From contig NC_045696.1 of NCBI RefSeq assembly GCF_009834535.1, positions 33,482,001 through 33,546,000 on the forward strand: a stretch of DNA of 64,000 nucleotides, written 5' to 3'. Numbering within the stretch: the stretch's first letter is position 1; each line of letters opens with the position of its first letter. The stretch is from Camelus ferus. Its lineage: Eukaryota. Positions 1-12,849 of this stretch are shown here, piece by piece. Below the pieces are notes generated by a model. The model ran no database searches, was not told the DNA's origin, and saw only the letters and a list, made by a program, of their open reading frames with translations. The position numbers and the translations under genes were made by a program.

Positions 1-29
1 ACTGCCTAACATAATTACAAAGTCTAACT

Positions 30-220
30 GATATTAAAAACTTCCTATGTGCCAGATACTGTCCCAAGTATTTTATATGTATTACATCATTCAATCTTTA
101 TACAATCTCACTAGCTTCATTTTACTTTTGAGGAAACTGAGGCACAAAGAGTTTAAATAAATTGTACATCCATGTATCTGGTGTTTGAACAAAAATAACC
201 TAATTCCAAGGTCTACTCTT
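30..220 (-). mobile_element. MIR SINE fragment
   Basis: MIR core 'catttta..tgaggaaactgaggcacaaagagtttaaataa'. Confidence 0.75.
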
Positions 221-287
221 TATTTCTCATAATATGCTATTAAGAGGAGGAAAAACTGCAGAACACAATATCGTATGGTGTGATTTT

Positions 288-407
288 TTCACTTTGTTCT
301 TAAAATTGTTTATTTTTATTTATATTTATATTAATGGAGATACTGGGAATTGAACTCTGATTCTGTGCATGCTATGACACTCTACTACTGAGCAATACCA
401 ACCCCCC
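288..407 (-). mobile_element. tRNA-derived SINE (camelid-type)
   Basis: 'tactgggaattgaact...tgcatgcta..cactctactactgagcaatac' with T-rich tail. TSD atg(g/t)tgtgatttt at 275-287 and 408-420. Confidence 0.8.
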
Positions 408-639
408 ATGTTGTGATTTTGATATCATTTATTTCAACCAATCTTTATAAAGGAATACCAAGAGCCATGCACTGTGGGTATCATACTTTAAATTTTCTAT
501 AATTAGAGTATATTAACTGATAAAATGTTTCATTTTTAATTAAACAGAAAAATACAGTAAAAAGCATGTTAAAAAAAGTTTCATAATTAAAAGTGATTAT
601 TTCTTTCAATTTTGACTTTATATAATTTTTCTTAAAAAT

Positions 640-1125
640 AAAATATTATATGTAAACTCTAAGTCCCTTCTTCCCAATAAAATTTTAATTCCATTTCTCC
701 ACGGTGACAAGAAGTAAGGAGTGGGTAGACTATCATAATTTAATGTAATACTTTATAATCCTTGTATTTATATTTTGTTTACCTATAAATATTTCTATAA
801 ACACAAAGAGGAACTGTTTACATGATGTTATAAAGTTACATGAAGTCCTTCTGCAGCTTGATTTACTTACTTATTTTTTTCTTGAGATATAGCCAAACTG
901 AGGTATGTACAACTAGTTTATTTTTAACTCCTACGTATTATTCAAAATATTCCGTTCTCCTGCTGAAGTACCCAAGTGATTTTCATGTGTTTTGAAATAT
1001 AAACAATGCTACAACGAACATATTTGGGTATATACTCTTATACACATTAGGAAAGCTTTCTCTAGGATGTAAATCTAAAAGTAAGATTGCAGGGTCATCA
1101 GAGATACACAGTTTTTTTCCCCCCA
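640..1125 (-). mobile_element. Old L1 (L1ME-like) 3' region, left part
   Basis: Degenerate antisense L1 ORF2 end 'aaacaatgctacaacgaacat...ctaggatgtaaatctaaaagtaagattgcagggtcat'; resumes at ~9321. Confidence 0.65.
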
Positions 1126-1147
1126 GTTTTATAGGTATTGTTTTGCA

Positions 1148-1450
1148 GTTTCTAGTTACACATGTAAGAAGCTTGAAAGATACCACTTTATCCTAACAAT
1201 AAGTAAAAAGCTGAACAGACTGAAAAATCAACAAATCTTGTATTCATAAAAGAGAAGAGGACACAGGCAAACAACTGCCTCTATAATTGGAGGGTGAGAC
1301 AGGAAAATAAAGGAATCATGGCTTACCTGAAGCAGAGACCAGCAAGCAGAAACCACCCTGGGATCCTGTACTGGGACAGGAAAACCTGAACTTATTTCAC
1401 AAATTGCTGGAGGCTTAGTGTGGACGAGTCTGCGAGTTAAAAACTCCAAG
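1148..1450 (+). mobile_element. L1M4/L1MC-type 5' end, left part
   Basis: 'catgtaagaagcttgaaag..ctaacaataagtaaaaagctgaacagactgaaaaatcaacaa' resembles ancient L1M 5' UTRs; continues at 7252. Confidence 0.7.
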
Positions 1451-1659
1451 CGGGGAAAGAAGGGCCAAGATGGCAGAGTAGAAGGGCACCTGTAGCTCAC
1501 TCTCCCACTAACAACACCAAGAGTGACATCCATGGACCCTCCCAGCCAATCAGAGCACCTGAAAAACTCTGACAGAACATCGCCTTCTTCAATAGACAAA
1601 ATACGCAACGAAGCTCATAGGAGAAAAGGAAAAAAGAAGGAAGAAAAAGCAAAACAGTG

Positions 1660-2620
1660 TGGGACCGATTCCGCGGGGAGGGAGCGGCAAAGGAGGAACA
1701 GCGCTCAGGTTGCTGAATCTCCCCCTCTCCAACGGAGAGGTCAGCGGGATGGAGGGGGAGCCTCTGAGGCTCGGATCTGTACAGAGTACCCCTTGACTGA
1801 CAGAACTAAGTTAAACGTGCACAAATGACCCCCAGCCCTAGACTCAAACCAGCAGGTGAGGGACGGAACAGGCTGCCCGAGCCGGGTGGACTCGCGCAGA
1901 CGCAACCTCTGGCGACTACAGTGCCCTGTGCGCGGTGCCTGGGAGGGTTTACAGATCAGAACAGCCTGGGTTCCCATAAAATACAAACAAAAAAAAAGCA
2001 AACAACACTGCTGGTGTGCCCTGGGGGGAGGGGCACCGTAGCCTCTGTCTCCTCAGCCCCGGGCGCCATTGCTGGTGTGTTCGCAGGAGAAGTGAGGCGG
2101 GGCGCAGCCACCGCTGCCACATGCTCCTATGCGCGGCTCCCAGACGGAGGTGGCGGCGAAACCTGAATCCTTACCTGTGGGCTCCGCAACCTCATAGGCG
2201 GGACTGAGACTTGTTTACATCCCCAGGCGGAGGGGACCTTCTGCCCCATGCCTCTGTGAACTCGGGCCTCTAAGACAAACGAACAAGGAGAGGAGTTCTG
2301 GCACAGAGCAGGGGCTAGGGCTGGTGCGGCCGTTTTCTCCGAGCCTGCCTACCAAGTCTGGACACTACATGGCGCAGGGGAGCAACAGTGAACGGGGGAG
2401 CAACCCGCCCAGCTACCATGCACGAGCACGCACGGGGACGCAGCGTCAGGAGGGGGCGTGACCCGCACTCCCACCCGCACTGGGAGCAGCACAGACCAGG
2501 AACGCGACCAGCAGAGTTCTGGAAACAGTGAGTGGAGTTCACGCAGCAAGGTGAGGGCAGGAGCAGCGACAACCACATCTGGCCACCACAACACCGGCCA
2601 CACCCCCAACCAAAGGGATA
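1660..2620 (+). promoter_or_regulatory. CpG-rich internal promoter region of the L1 5' UTR
   Basis: The only extended GC/CpG-rich stretch in the window, lying in the L1 5' UTR. Confidence 0.7.
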
Positions 2621-3190
2621 ATAGACAAAAGGCACAGAAGGAAGACTTAGCAACCACCCATACTTAAGAAGTACCTGTCAACAAAATTATTAAGAGCACA
2701 CAGTCTCCACGGGAACACATCCAGTTTTTTCTCTTTTCTTTTTTCACTTTTAAATTTTTAAAATTTTCAATCCCTTTAAAATTTTTCAAATTAATTTTTT
2801 AAAAATTTTTCTCAATTTGATTTTTATTTCTCTTTGTTTTGTTCTGTTGTTTATACTATTTTCAAATCTTGTTTTTATTCTTTTAAATTTTTATGTTAAT
2901 TTGTCTCAAGTTGATTTTTATTTGTTCTGTTTTCTTAATTATACTCTGGTTTCAAATATTTTTTTCTTCTTTATTTTTTAAAATGTAGCAACTTGATTTT
3001 TATATCTCTTCATTTTGTTCTTCTGTTACTGATTACATTGTATTCAAATCTTTTTTTCTCCTTTTAAATTTCTTCTTTTTTTAGTTTTATTTCCACATCT
3101 TTTTTAGGTAAGACAATAAATAAACCCCTTCAGGACCACAGTAGGTAACTGATACTCCATAATCCATAGTGCCAGAAGGATATAAATAAA

Positions 3191-4086
3191 ATGAAGAAGC
3201 AGAGGAACTATTCTCAATTAAAAGAACAGGAGAAATCCCCTGAAAAGAACAATCAATGAAATAGACCTTGATAATCTACTTGATCAGGATTTCAAAAAAG
3301 GAGTGATCAAAGTACTGAAGGAACTAAAAGAGATTGTGAATAGAGACAGAATATGTCAAAAATGAAATAGAAACTATAAAGAGGAACCAATTAAAACTGG
3401 AAAACTCATTTGCTGAGTTAAGAGCTGAGCTAAAGGCTGTAAAAAGTGGGCTAGATAATGCAGAGGAAAGAATAACTGATTTAGAAGACAGGACAACAGA
3501 AGTCATCCAATCAGAACAACTGAGAGAAAAACAAATAAAAACCAATGAAAACAATATAAGGGATATATAGGATAATATAAAGCATACCAACCTATGCATG
3601 ATAGGGGTCCCAGAAGGAGAAAAAAAAGAGTAAAGGGGATTGAAAAGGTATTTCAAGAAATCATGGCTGAAAACTTCCCAAACCTAAAGAAGGAGTCAGA
3701 TATCTAAGTACAGGAAGCACAGAGGGTCCCAAACAAGAAGAACTCAGACACAAAACAAGACATATTATAATCAGGATGGCCAAGTTTAAGGATAAAGAAA
3801 TGATTCTAAAGGTTGCAAGAGAAAAACAAAGAGTTAGTTACAAGGGAACCCCCATAAGGCTTTCAGCTGATTTTTCTACACAAACACTGCAGAAGGGAGA
3901 TCAGAAGGGAGTGGCAAGATATATTCAAAATCCTGAATGAGAAAAAGATACAACCTAGGATACTTCATCCAGCAAGGCTATCTTTAGAATAGAAGGAGAG
4001 ATAAAGAGCTTCACAGAAAAGCAAAAACTAAAAGAATTAGCAACACTAAACCTATGCTAAAAGACATATTGAAAGTTCTACTCTAA
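3191..4086 (+). pseudogene. L1 ORF1p, disrupted
   Basis: ATG AAG AAG CAG AGG AAC at 3191; coiled-coil and RRM motifs (IGVPEG, ENFPNL, YKGTPIRLSADFS) with frameshifts and stops. Confidence 0.9.
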
Positions 4087-4116
4087 ATAGAAAAGAAGCA
4101 GGATGCTGCAGAAAGG

Positions 4117-4118
<2 letters not shown>

Positions 4119-4160
<42 letters not shown>
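4119..4160 (+). repeat. (AC)21 microsatellite in the L1 inter-ORF spacer
   Basis: Perfect dinucleotide run. Confidence 0.95.
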
Positions 4161-4163
<3 letters not shown>

Positions 4164-4517
4164 AGGAAAGGCAATAACTACAATGAATTATAGCAGAATA
4201 AACATGAAATTGTAAAAGAGGACATTTAATTCATTAAGGGTAGGAGAGGGGAGCAAGAAAATATAGAATTTTTTTTCTTTTTTTTTTTAATGTTCCCAGT
4301 AAGATGTGTTTGAGCTCATATTACTATAAGTTTAAAACAAACAGATATAGTAAATGGTTAATATATGTACAAAACAGGGTAACCACAAGCCAAAAGCTTA
4401 CAATAGAGTTACAAAAACTAAAAAGAAACCAAGATAATAGGAAAATTATCAAACCACAGAAAGAAAAAGAAAGGAACAAAGAGGAAATACCAAATCAACT
4501 GCAAAACTAAGTTCAAA

Positions 4518-6878
4518 ATGGCAACAAACATATATCTATCAATAATTACCATAAATGTCGATGGACTAAATTCTCCAACCAAAACACATAGAGTGGAAGG
4601 CTGGATAATAAAACAAGAACCTACAATATGCTACATACAAGAGACCCACTTTAGGGAGAAGGATACACATAGATTGAGAGTGAGAGGATGGAAAAAGATA
4701 CTCCATGCAAATGGAAATGACAAGAAAGCAGGAGTAGCAATACTGATTTCAGACAAAATAGACTTTAAAACAAAGTCCATAAAGAAAGATAAAGAAAGAC
4801 ATTATATAATGATTAAAGGGGCAACACAAGATGAGGATTTATACTCATTAACATATATGCACCCAATATAGGAGCACCTAAATACATAAAGCGAATACCA
4901 ACGGATATAAAAGGAGAAATTGATGGGAACACAATCATACTAGGAGACTTTAACACCCTATTAACATCACTGGACAGATCTCCAGACAGAAAATTAATAA
5001 GGCAATAGAGAAATTAATGATACAATAGAACAATTACACTTAGTTGATGTTTTCAGAACATTACATCCCTCAAAAATAGAATATACATTCCTTTCAAGTG
5101 CACATGAAACATTTTCTAGGAGAGATCATGTACTTGGACACAAAAGAAGTCTCAACAAATTTAAGAAGACAGAAATTATTTCAAGCATCTTTTCTGACTA
5201 CAATACCATGAAACTAGAAATCAACTACAGAAAAACAAAGGAGAAAAAAATGACAGCATGGAGATTAAACAACATACTATTAAAAATCCAATGGGTCAAT
5301 GATGAAATCAAAGAAGAAATTAAAAAATACTTTGAGACAAATGACAATGAAAACACAACCACACATAATCTCTGAGATGCAGCAAAAGCACTTCTAAGAG
5401 GGAAGTTCATAGTGATACAGGCCTTCTTCAAAAAAGAACAGTCTTAAATAAACAATCTAACCTAGCAGTAAAAGAACTGGAAAAAGAAGGGCAAACAAAA
5501 CTAAAGTCAGCAGAAGGAAGGAAATAATAAAGACAGGGAAGGAAATAAATAAAATAGAGATTAAAAAATATAGAAAAACAAATCAAACCAAGAGCTGGTT
5601 TTTGGAAAGAGTAAACAAAATTGGCAAACCTCTGGCCAAACTCATGAAGAAGAGAAAAGAGAGAGCACAAATAAACAAAATAAGAAAGGAAAATGGAGAA
5701 ATTACAACCAATGCCACAGAAATACAAAATATCTTACTAGGATACTATGAACAACTATATGGAAACAAAATGGATAACCTAGAAGAAATGGACAAATTTC
5801 TGGAAAAATACAATCCATCAAGACTGAATCAAGAAGAAATTGACCACTTGAACAAACTGATCACTAAACATGAAATAGAATTAGCAATAAAAAACCTCCC
5901 TACAAATAAAAGTCCAGGACCCGATGGCTTCACTAGGGAATTCTACCAAATACAAAAAGTAACTCATACCAGTCCTTCTCAAACTATTCCAGAAGACTGA
6001 AAAGAAAGGAGTACTCCCAATCTCATTATATGAAGCTGCCATCATCCTGACACCAAAATCAGACAAAAATACTACCAAAAAAGAAAATTACAGAACAATA
6101 TCACTGATGAAAATAGATGCAAAAATCCTCAACAAAATTTTAGCAAACAGAATCCAACAGCACATAAAAAAGATCATATACCATTATCAAGTTGGGTTCA
6201 TCCCAGGAACACAAGGATGATTCAATATATGCAAATCAATCAATGTGATGCATGACATCAACAAGAGAAAGGACAAAAACCACATGATCATCTCAATAGA
6301 TACAGAAAAAGCATTTGATAAAATTCAACACCCATTTATGATAAAAAAAAAAAAACCCTTACCAAAGTGGATACAGAGGGAACATATCTGTAATTGTTAG
6401 AGAATTGCAAATCAAAACTACAGTGAGATATCACCTCACACCAGTTAGAATGGCCATCATTCAAAAGTCCACAAATGATAAATGCTGGAGAGGGTTTGGA
6501 GAAAAGGGAACCCTCCTACACTGCCGGTGGGAATGCTGTATGCTGCAGTCATTGTGGAAAACAGCATGGAGATTCCTCAAAAGAGTAAAAATAGACATAC
6601 CACATGACCCAGCAATCCCACCCACTCCTGGGCATATATCCAGAGGGAACCCTAATTCAAAAAGATACCTGTACCCCAATGTTCACAGCAGCACTATTTA
6701 CAATAGCCAAGACACAGAAATAACCTACATGTCCATCGACAGATGTTTAGATAAAGAAGTTGTGGTATATTATACAACAGAATACTAGTCGGCCATAAAA
6801 AATGATAAAATAATGCCATTTGCAGCAACATGGATGACCCTGGAGACTGTCATTCTAAGTGAAATAAGACAGAAATAG
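4518..6878 (+). pseudogene. L1 ORF2p (endonuclease, partial RT, C-terminal region), disrupted and internally deleted
   Basis: [40 protein letters not shown]; then a jump at ~6390 to [28 protein letters not shown]. Confidence 0.93.
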
Positions 6879-7251
6879 AAAGAAAAATACCATATGATAT
6901 CACTCATATGTGGAATCTAAAAAAAAAAAAAAGACAAATGAACTTATATATAACACAGAAATAGACTCACAGACATAGAATACAACTTGTGGTTGCCAAG
7001 AGGGAGGGCAGTGGAAAGGGATAAACTGGGAGTTCGAGATTTGCAGATACTAACTTGTATATATAAAATAGATAAACAAGTTTATACTGTATAGCACAGA
7101 CAAATATGTTCAATATCTTGTAGTCGCTTATGGTGAAAAAGAACATGAAAATGAAATGAATATATATATATTCATGTATGAATGAAGCATTGTGCTGTAC
7201 ACCAAAAATTGTCATAACATTGTAAACTGAATGTACCTCAAACAAACAAAC

Positions 7252-9320
7252 AAACTCCAAGTGGTGCAAGTAATAGGCCCACCACAATATCGTGAGATTT
7301 TCTTTTAGGAGCTTGACCAGGTTCCCACAGAAAATATCGTAAGAAAAATCACCTTGGTGTTCTGGCATGGGTAGGGAAAAGAGGACTGTTTTTCTTAACA
7401 GGGACTGCCCGCAGGGGAAACTAGTTAACCAGGGCCTGACCTGCCAGGATATAATCAGAGCCTAATTGACCTGGGGGATGGGAAATAACCAACCCCAGCT
7501 GGCCTATCCTTCCAGGAGGAAGAAGGGGGAAAAAAAAAAAAAAACCCAGCCACTCAAGCCATCTTGTTCTACCTAAGTGGGGAGAAAAAAAAAACAAAAC
7601 CTGAGAAACATTTGTGAGGTCTACAGTCCAGAGGCATAGGCTCACTAGAAATCCAAGACCTCATCATAGGATTGCAGAACACTTTCCTCCCCCCACACGT
7701 CACCATAACATTACTAAAGGCCTGATACATTATGTCTAGCTATTAAGAAAATATTACAAGGCATGCCAAATGTAAAAAACCCAATTTGAAGAGGCAGAGC
7801 AAGTACCAGCACCAAACAGGGCAGAAATGTTAAAATGATCAAACTGGGAATTTAAAACAAATATGATTAATATGCTAAGGGCTCTAGTGGATAAAGTAGA
7901 CAGAATGCAAGAACAGATGGGCAATGTAAGCAGAGAGATGGAAAGCCCAAGAAAAAAACAAAAAGAAGGGCTAGAGATCAAAAATACTGTAACAGAAATG
8001 AAGACTGCCTTTGATGGGCTCATTAGTAGACTGGTTACAGCTGAGCAAGGAATCTCTAACCTAAAAGATATATCAATAAAATCCCTGAAAATTACCCCAA
8101 ATTAATGTAAGATATCAAAACACAGACCTAGGAAGCTCAGAATACACCAAATAGGAAAAAGGCAAAAAAAAAAAAAAATTCCTACACCTAGGCATATGAT
8201 TTTTAAACTGCAGGAAAACAAAGATTTAAAGAAAAAATCCCAAAATAAGCCAGAGAAAATAATACCTTACATATACAAGAAAAAAAGACAGGAAACCATG
8301 CAAGCAAGAAAAGAGTGCAGTGAAATATTTGAAGTGCTGAGAAAAACAAAATTAAAAACAAAAACAACCCTCAAATCTCTAATTCTAAATAATCCTGCAA
8401 AGTTATTTCTCAAAAATGAAAGAGAAATAACGACATTCTCAGACAGGAAAAAAGTGAGGGGATTTGTTGCCAGTAAACCTGCCTTACAAGAGGTGTTTAA
8501 AGTTTAGAGAGAAGAAAAATAACATAGGTAAGAAAAGTGGATCTACATAAAGTTAGTAAGAGGATGAAGGAAGAATAAGTGAATGAAAAATGAAGACAGT
8601 TTTCTTATTCTTAACAGACAATAGTTTATTCGAATGAATAATAACAACAATATATTTGATTAATATGCTTATGCATATCTTATGTATATATATATTAGTG
8701 TGTATATATGTTTATTTATGCTTTATATAAGTGACAATGAATGACAGCAATGTTATAAGGGATAAGGGGGAAAAATTAGGATTATTTTGTTATTTTAAGG
8801 TATTTATACCACCCATGAAATAACATAGTTTTACTTGAAAGATTAGTTTGGCTTAGCTGTAAATGTATATTACAAACTCTAGGACAACCATGAAAAAAAG
8901 TGAAAAAAAAAAGATACGCTAAGAAAGGAGAAAAAAATTAAATAGTATAAAATGCTCATTAAAAATCATAAAAGGCAGAAAAAGAGTAAAAGGCAAAACT
9001 AGGAACTAAGAACCAGGACAACAAATTGAAAATCATAATAAATATGATATTTATTCAACTACATCAATAATCACTTTGAACCTCGATGGTCTAATGTACC
9101 AATTAAGAGACAGAGATTGTCAGAATATATCAAAAAATAACATCCAATTATATTTTGTCTACAAGAAACCCACTCTAAATATAAAGATACAGTTAGATTA
9201 AAAGCAAATGGATGGAGAAAAATATAGCAAGCTAACAATAATCAAAAGAAAGCAGGAGTAGATACATTAATTTCAGATACAGCGGACTCCAACGCAAGGA
9301 AAGTTATCAGAGACAAAGAG
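7252..9320 (+). mobile_element. L1M4/L1MC-type 5' half (5' UTR, ORF1 remnants, start of ORF2 endonuclease), 3' truncated
   Basis: ORF1 remnant MINMLRALVDKVDRMQEQMGNVSREME at 7863 and 8196-8507; endonuclease-start remnant (CLQETH..KKAGV) at ~9050-9320. Confidence 0.85.
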
Positions 9321-9830
9321 AAATTGCTAAAAGGGTTAAAAAAGTTTGTGCCAATGTACACACCCACAAACACTGAATAAGTTCCAAATTCACTGTATCG
9401 TCATCAACTCTGGGTAAGTCATACTTCTAGATGTTTTCAATTTGATGAGTTTTTTTTTTCCCCATCTCTTTGTGAATACTAGTGAGCTTGAACTTCATTC
9501 TATGTGCTCACCAGCAATTTCAGTTTGTTCTTCAAATATCTTTATCAGTCTATTAGCCCACTAGTACAGGATTGTTTCATCTTATTCATTTCTTGGAATT
9601 CTTTAGACATTGTGCATATCAATTATCAGTCAAAATGTCATGACTGTTATTTCTCAGTCCCTTGATAGTTTTAAATTCCATTAGGGTACTGGCTGCCATA
9701 CTGAAAACTGTAATTTTAAAATTACTGTTGTCAAAATTATCAATGGTTTTATATATGTGTTATCTTTTGGGGGTCTTATTTGAGAATTTTGTTCCTAATC
9801 TAAAATCTTTCTTCCACATTGTCTCCTAAG
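9321..9830 (-). mobile_element. Old L1 (L1ME-like), right part
   Basis: 'gtttgtgccaatgtacacacccacaaaca...' continues the antisense L1 interrupted at ~1125. Confidence 0.6.
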
Positions 9831-10814
9831 GGCAGTCGGCTGTAAGTTTAATTGATGGTTCTTTCAAAGTACCATAATCTACTTCTTTGTGAATGCTTTG
9901 AAATACTTAAATAATCTTTATTGTCTCATTGGAAAGCCAATGGACCCAAAACCATGCATTTAAAATTCCATTCGCTCAGTGATGCTTTGTTGTTGTTACA
10001 ATCCCTACACATTTAGAGATTGTTCTTATATTTGTGAATTTGTTTACATGTCTTTCTTTCACTCCTTGAGGCCACAGTGCCGTATTTAACATACTATAGC
10101 TTAAGTCTTGATAGTGTGAGTTTTTCTTTTTAAATTTTCTTGGATATTAGTGTGCCTTCATTATTATTCCAGTGAAGTATCTGTTATAGACAACAGAATA
10201 CTCAAAAGTGGGTTTACTAAAAATATTAGATTGTGAATAGGATATCCAGAACAAATGGGCAACTTGGCTTGGATACACAGCCAGAAGCAAAGAAGTCAGG
10301 AAAATGACTCACCAAAAGATTTTTTCACCTTGGAGTCAGTCTGTGTCACTGTAACCTTGGATAACAAACTGTTCCCCCAAAACATTGCCACAGCTCTCTC
10401 AGGAATACTGGATGCCTCTACCACTTTGCTTAACACAGATGTGATCTCTTTGTGAATAACTGACATCACTTACTAACTTTCATATCTTGTGCAGGTTTGT
10501 CTATTTGGCTATAGGTGGGTCTTAAGCTTCTAGGAATTCTGTGGAAAATAGTTCATAGCCTTGTAGTTTAAATAATAACGGAATTATCATTTAGAAGAAG
10601 GTCAAAATCTATACTAACAAAGTCTTCTGTATGAAATGTAAAGTAAAATTTGCAACTTCAAGAGAAATTTGGAGTGTCCTTTTTGGAATTACATTAAATG
10701 GTTACATTAATTTGAGTAAATTAATATTTTTAAGATAATGAATTCCTCTATGAACGTGGAATATCTTCCTATCTTTTTGAATCTTAATTTAATCTCTCTT
10801 GTAATATTTTCCCT

Positions 10815-12000
10815 CCTTTTTGAGATAAAATACATTCAAAATATGGATTTTTAAGTGTATAATTTGATGAATTTGGACAAACGTACATTCTATGTAGAAT
10901 ATTGTCATCAACCTAGAAAGTTCTCTCAAACTGCTTTCCAATCAGTCTCCTCACCACCACCACCGCAGAGCCTTCCACTATTCTGATTTCTATTGTCACA
11001 AATTAGCTTTGTCCAGTTTTGAACATTGTATAATCCAAATGCTATATACACTTTATGACTGGCTCGCTTTTGAGTTCACTTCTTTTGTGTGTGAGATTCA
11101 TCAATGTTGCTGTTTAATATCAATATTTAATTAATTCATTCACTTTTTTTTTACAGTGGAGTAGGATACAATTAAATGAATGTGCCAAAAAATGTTCACC
11201 TTATGAGTAAAGCAGAAGTGGGCATACTTGTACAAGTCTCTTTTATGTGGATACATGTTTTTATTTCTTTAGGATAAACACTTCAATGTGGAATTGCTGA
11301 ATCATAACCAGGTTTAATTTAATTAGAAACAGCTAGTTTCCAAAAGTTTTGTATACATTTTGTAATAAATGAAATTTTAAAATTGTACTTTATACTCTCC
11401 AATATTTCAAAGTTAGTCTTTTATAATTTGATCTATTTCTCATGTATGGAGTTATATCTTATTCTAATATTACTTTGAATTTTCTTGATGTTTAATAGTG
11501 TTTAGCAATTTTTCATACACATAGTAACTATTTGTATACACTGTTTTGGGTCCAAGTCTTTGGCCTATTTTGAAGTTGCATTGTTTATTTTTATAATTAA
11601 TTACAAAAATTATGTATATATTCTGAGTAAGTCTTTTGTCAGATTTATGTATTATGAATATTTCAGTCTTTGGATTTTATTTTTGTTTTATAACAGGCTT
11701 CCAATGAGTAGAGATTTTTTAAAGTCCACTTTACTCATTGTTTATTTTCATAGTTAGTAATTTTTGATTTCTGAATAAGAAATCTTTGATTAGCCCAAGC
11801 TTCCGAAGATACTCTCCTATATTTTATTTCGGGAGATTTACAGTTATAACTCTTACATTTAAGTCTACAATTCATCTCCAGTAGATTTTTTTGTGTATTT
11901 ATGAGGTATTATCAAATGTCAATGTTTTCACGTTTAGATGCTGAGTTGTTCCAGTGACATTTGAAATGACTTTTCTTTCCTTGTTGCATTGGTGATTTTG
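10815..12000 (-). mobile_element. Old L1 (L1ME/L1MB-like) 3' end
   Basis: 'tttttgagataaaatacat..ttaagtgtataatttgatgaatttggacaaa..cctagaaagttctctc' antisense L1 3' UTR followed by ORF2. Confidence 0.75.
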
Positions 12001-12141
12001 CACCTTTTAGTGTATAGGTCTTTCACACTATTTGTTACATTTATTCCTAGGTATACTTGTTTTTCTGAGGCTATCTTAAATGGCCTTGATATAATTCACT
12101 ACTGATAATATCTAGGCCAACAGATTTGTGCTAATTATCAA

Positions 12142-12842
12142 TGTATTGCTTCCCAACTCCTTATTAATCTTTCTTTGCCCTCCCTTGTGATTCTGGAACT
12201 AGACCTTGAAGGCATTTCCCTATGTCAGCTGGACCAGTGTTAGATTTTGCCAACAGAGAGTGTTGGAGAGACACTATAAGGCATAGGAGAGAGGTACTTC
12301 TTATCCTAGTTCTTGGGTGCTTTTCCTCCTCTAACACCATAGCTGCCAGCAGCATGTGGGAAAATCACTGATGCTCAACCTCTAGTGATTTCTACTGCAC
12401 TGAAACAAACAACTTCTTGCAGATCAACTCCAGTCTTCTGGCACCCCAGTGGGTGAATTCCCATGCACCATCTTTGGCCCATGGCTGCCTAGTGAACTCT
12501 GTGGGCACCCCAGGAGGTGGCTAATAGTAGACTAGCTCCCGTAGCGTCTCAGCAAGCTTCTTCATCATCCGGTGAGTTGTAGTCATACCTTCTCCAAAGA
12601 CATGTGAATTTCAAACTTCTAGGAGTTCTGCTCCCAAATGTGCTTCTTCCGTGGTATTCTTGCTCTGTCTTAGAGGTGGTAGCTGCTCCCTACATTTATT
12701 ACTCCTTAAAATTTATAACCCTTTTTGATTTATTTTATAATTATTAAGCTTTTTTTTTTTCCAGTTAATACTGCTTTATATTCATTTTTCGGTGTTTAAA
12801 TGGCTAGTAGAGTTTCTGTCTCCTGATTGGACCCTAATGGCC
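12142..12842 (+). mobile_element. ERVL-class solo LTR (LTR33/LTR41-like)
   Basis: Ends 'tttctgtctcctgattggaccctaa'; internal 'ttttgccaacagagagtgttggagagacact'. Interrupts an old L1. Confidence 0.6.
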
Positions 12843-12849
12843 TTTTCTT

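Larger units (their letters stand above)
1451..7251 (+). mobile_element. Young lineage-specific LINE-1 with both ends intact and an internal ORF2 deletion
   Basis: Starts gggg..ccaagatggc. CpG-rich 5' UTR, ORF1, spacer, ORF2, 3' UTR, (AAAC)n tail. TSD aaactccaag at 1441-1450 and 7252-7261. Confidence 0.95.

Noticed and set aside
1228..2667. Cluster of overlapping 60-126 aa ORFs
   Set aside because: They lie in or beside the GC-rich L1 5' UTR, where stops are scarce; no recognisable protein.
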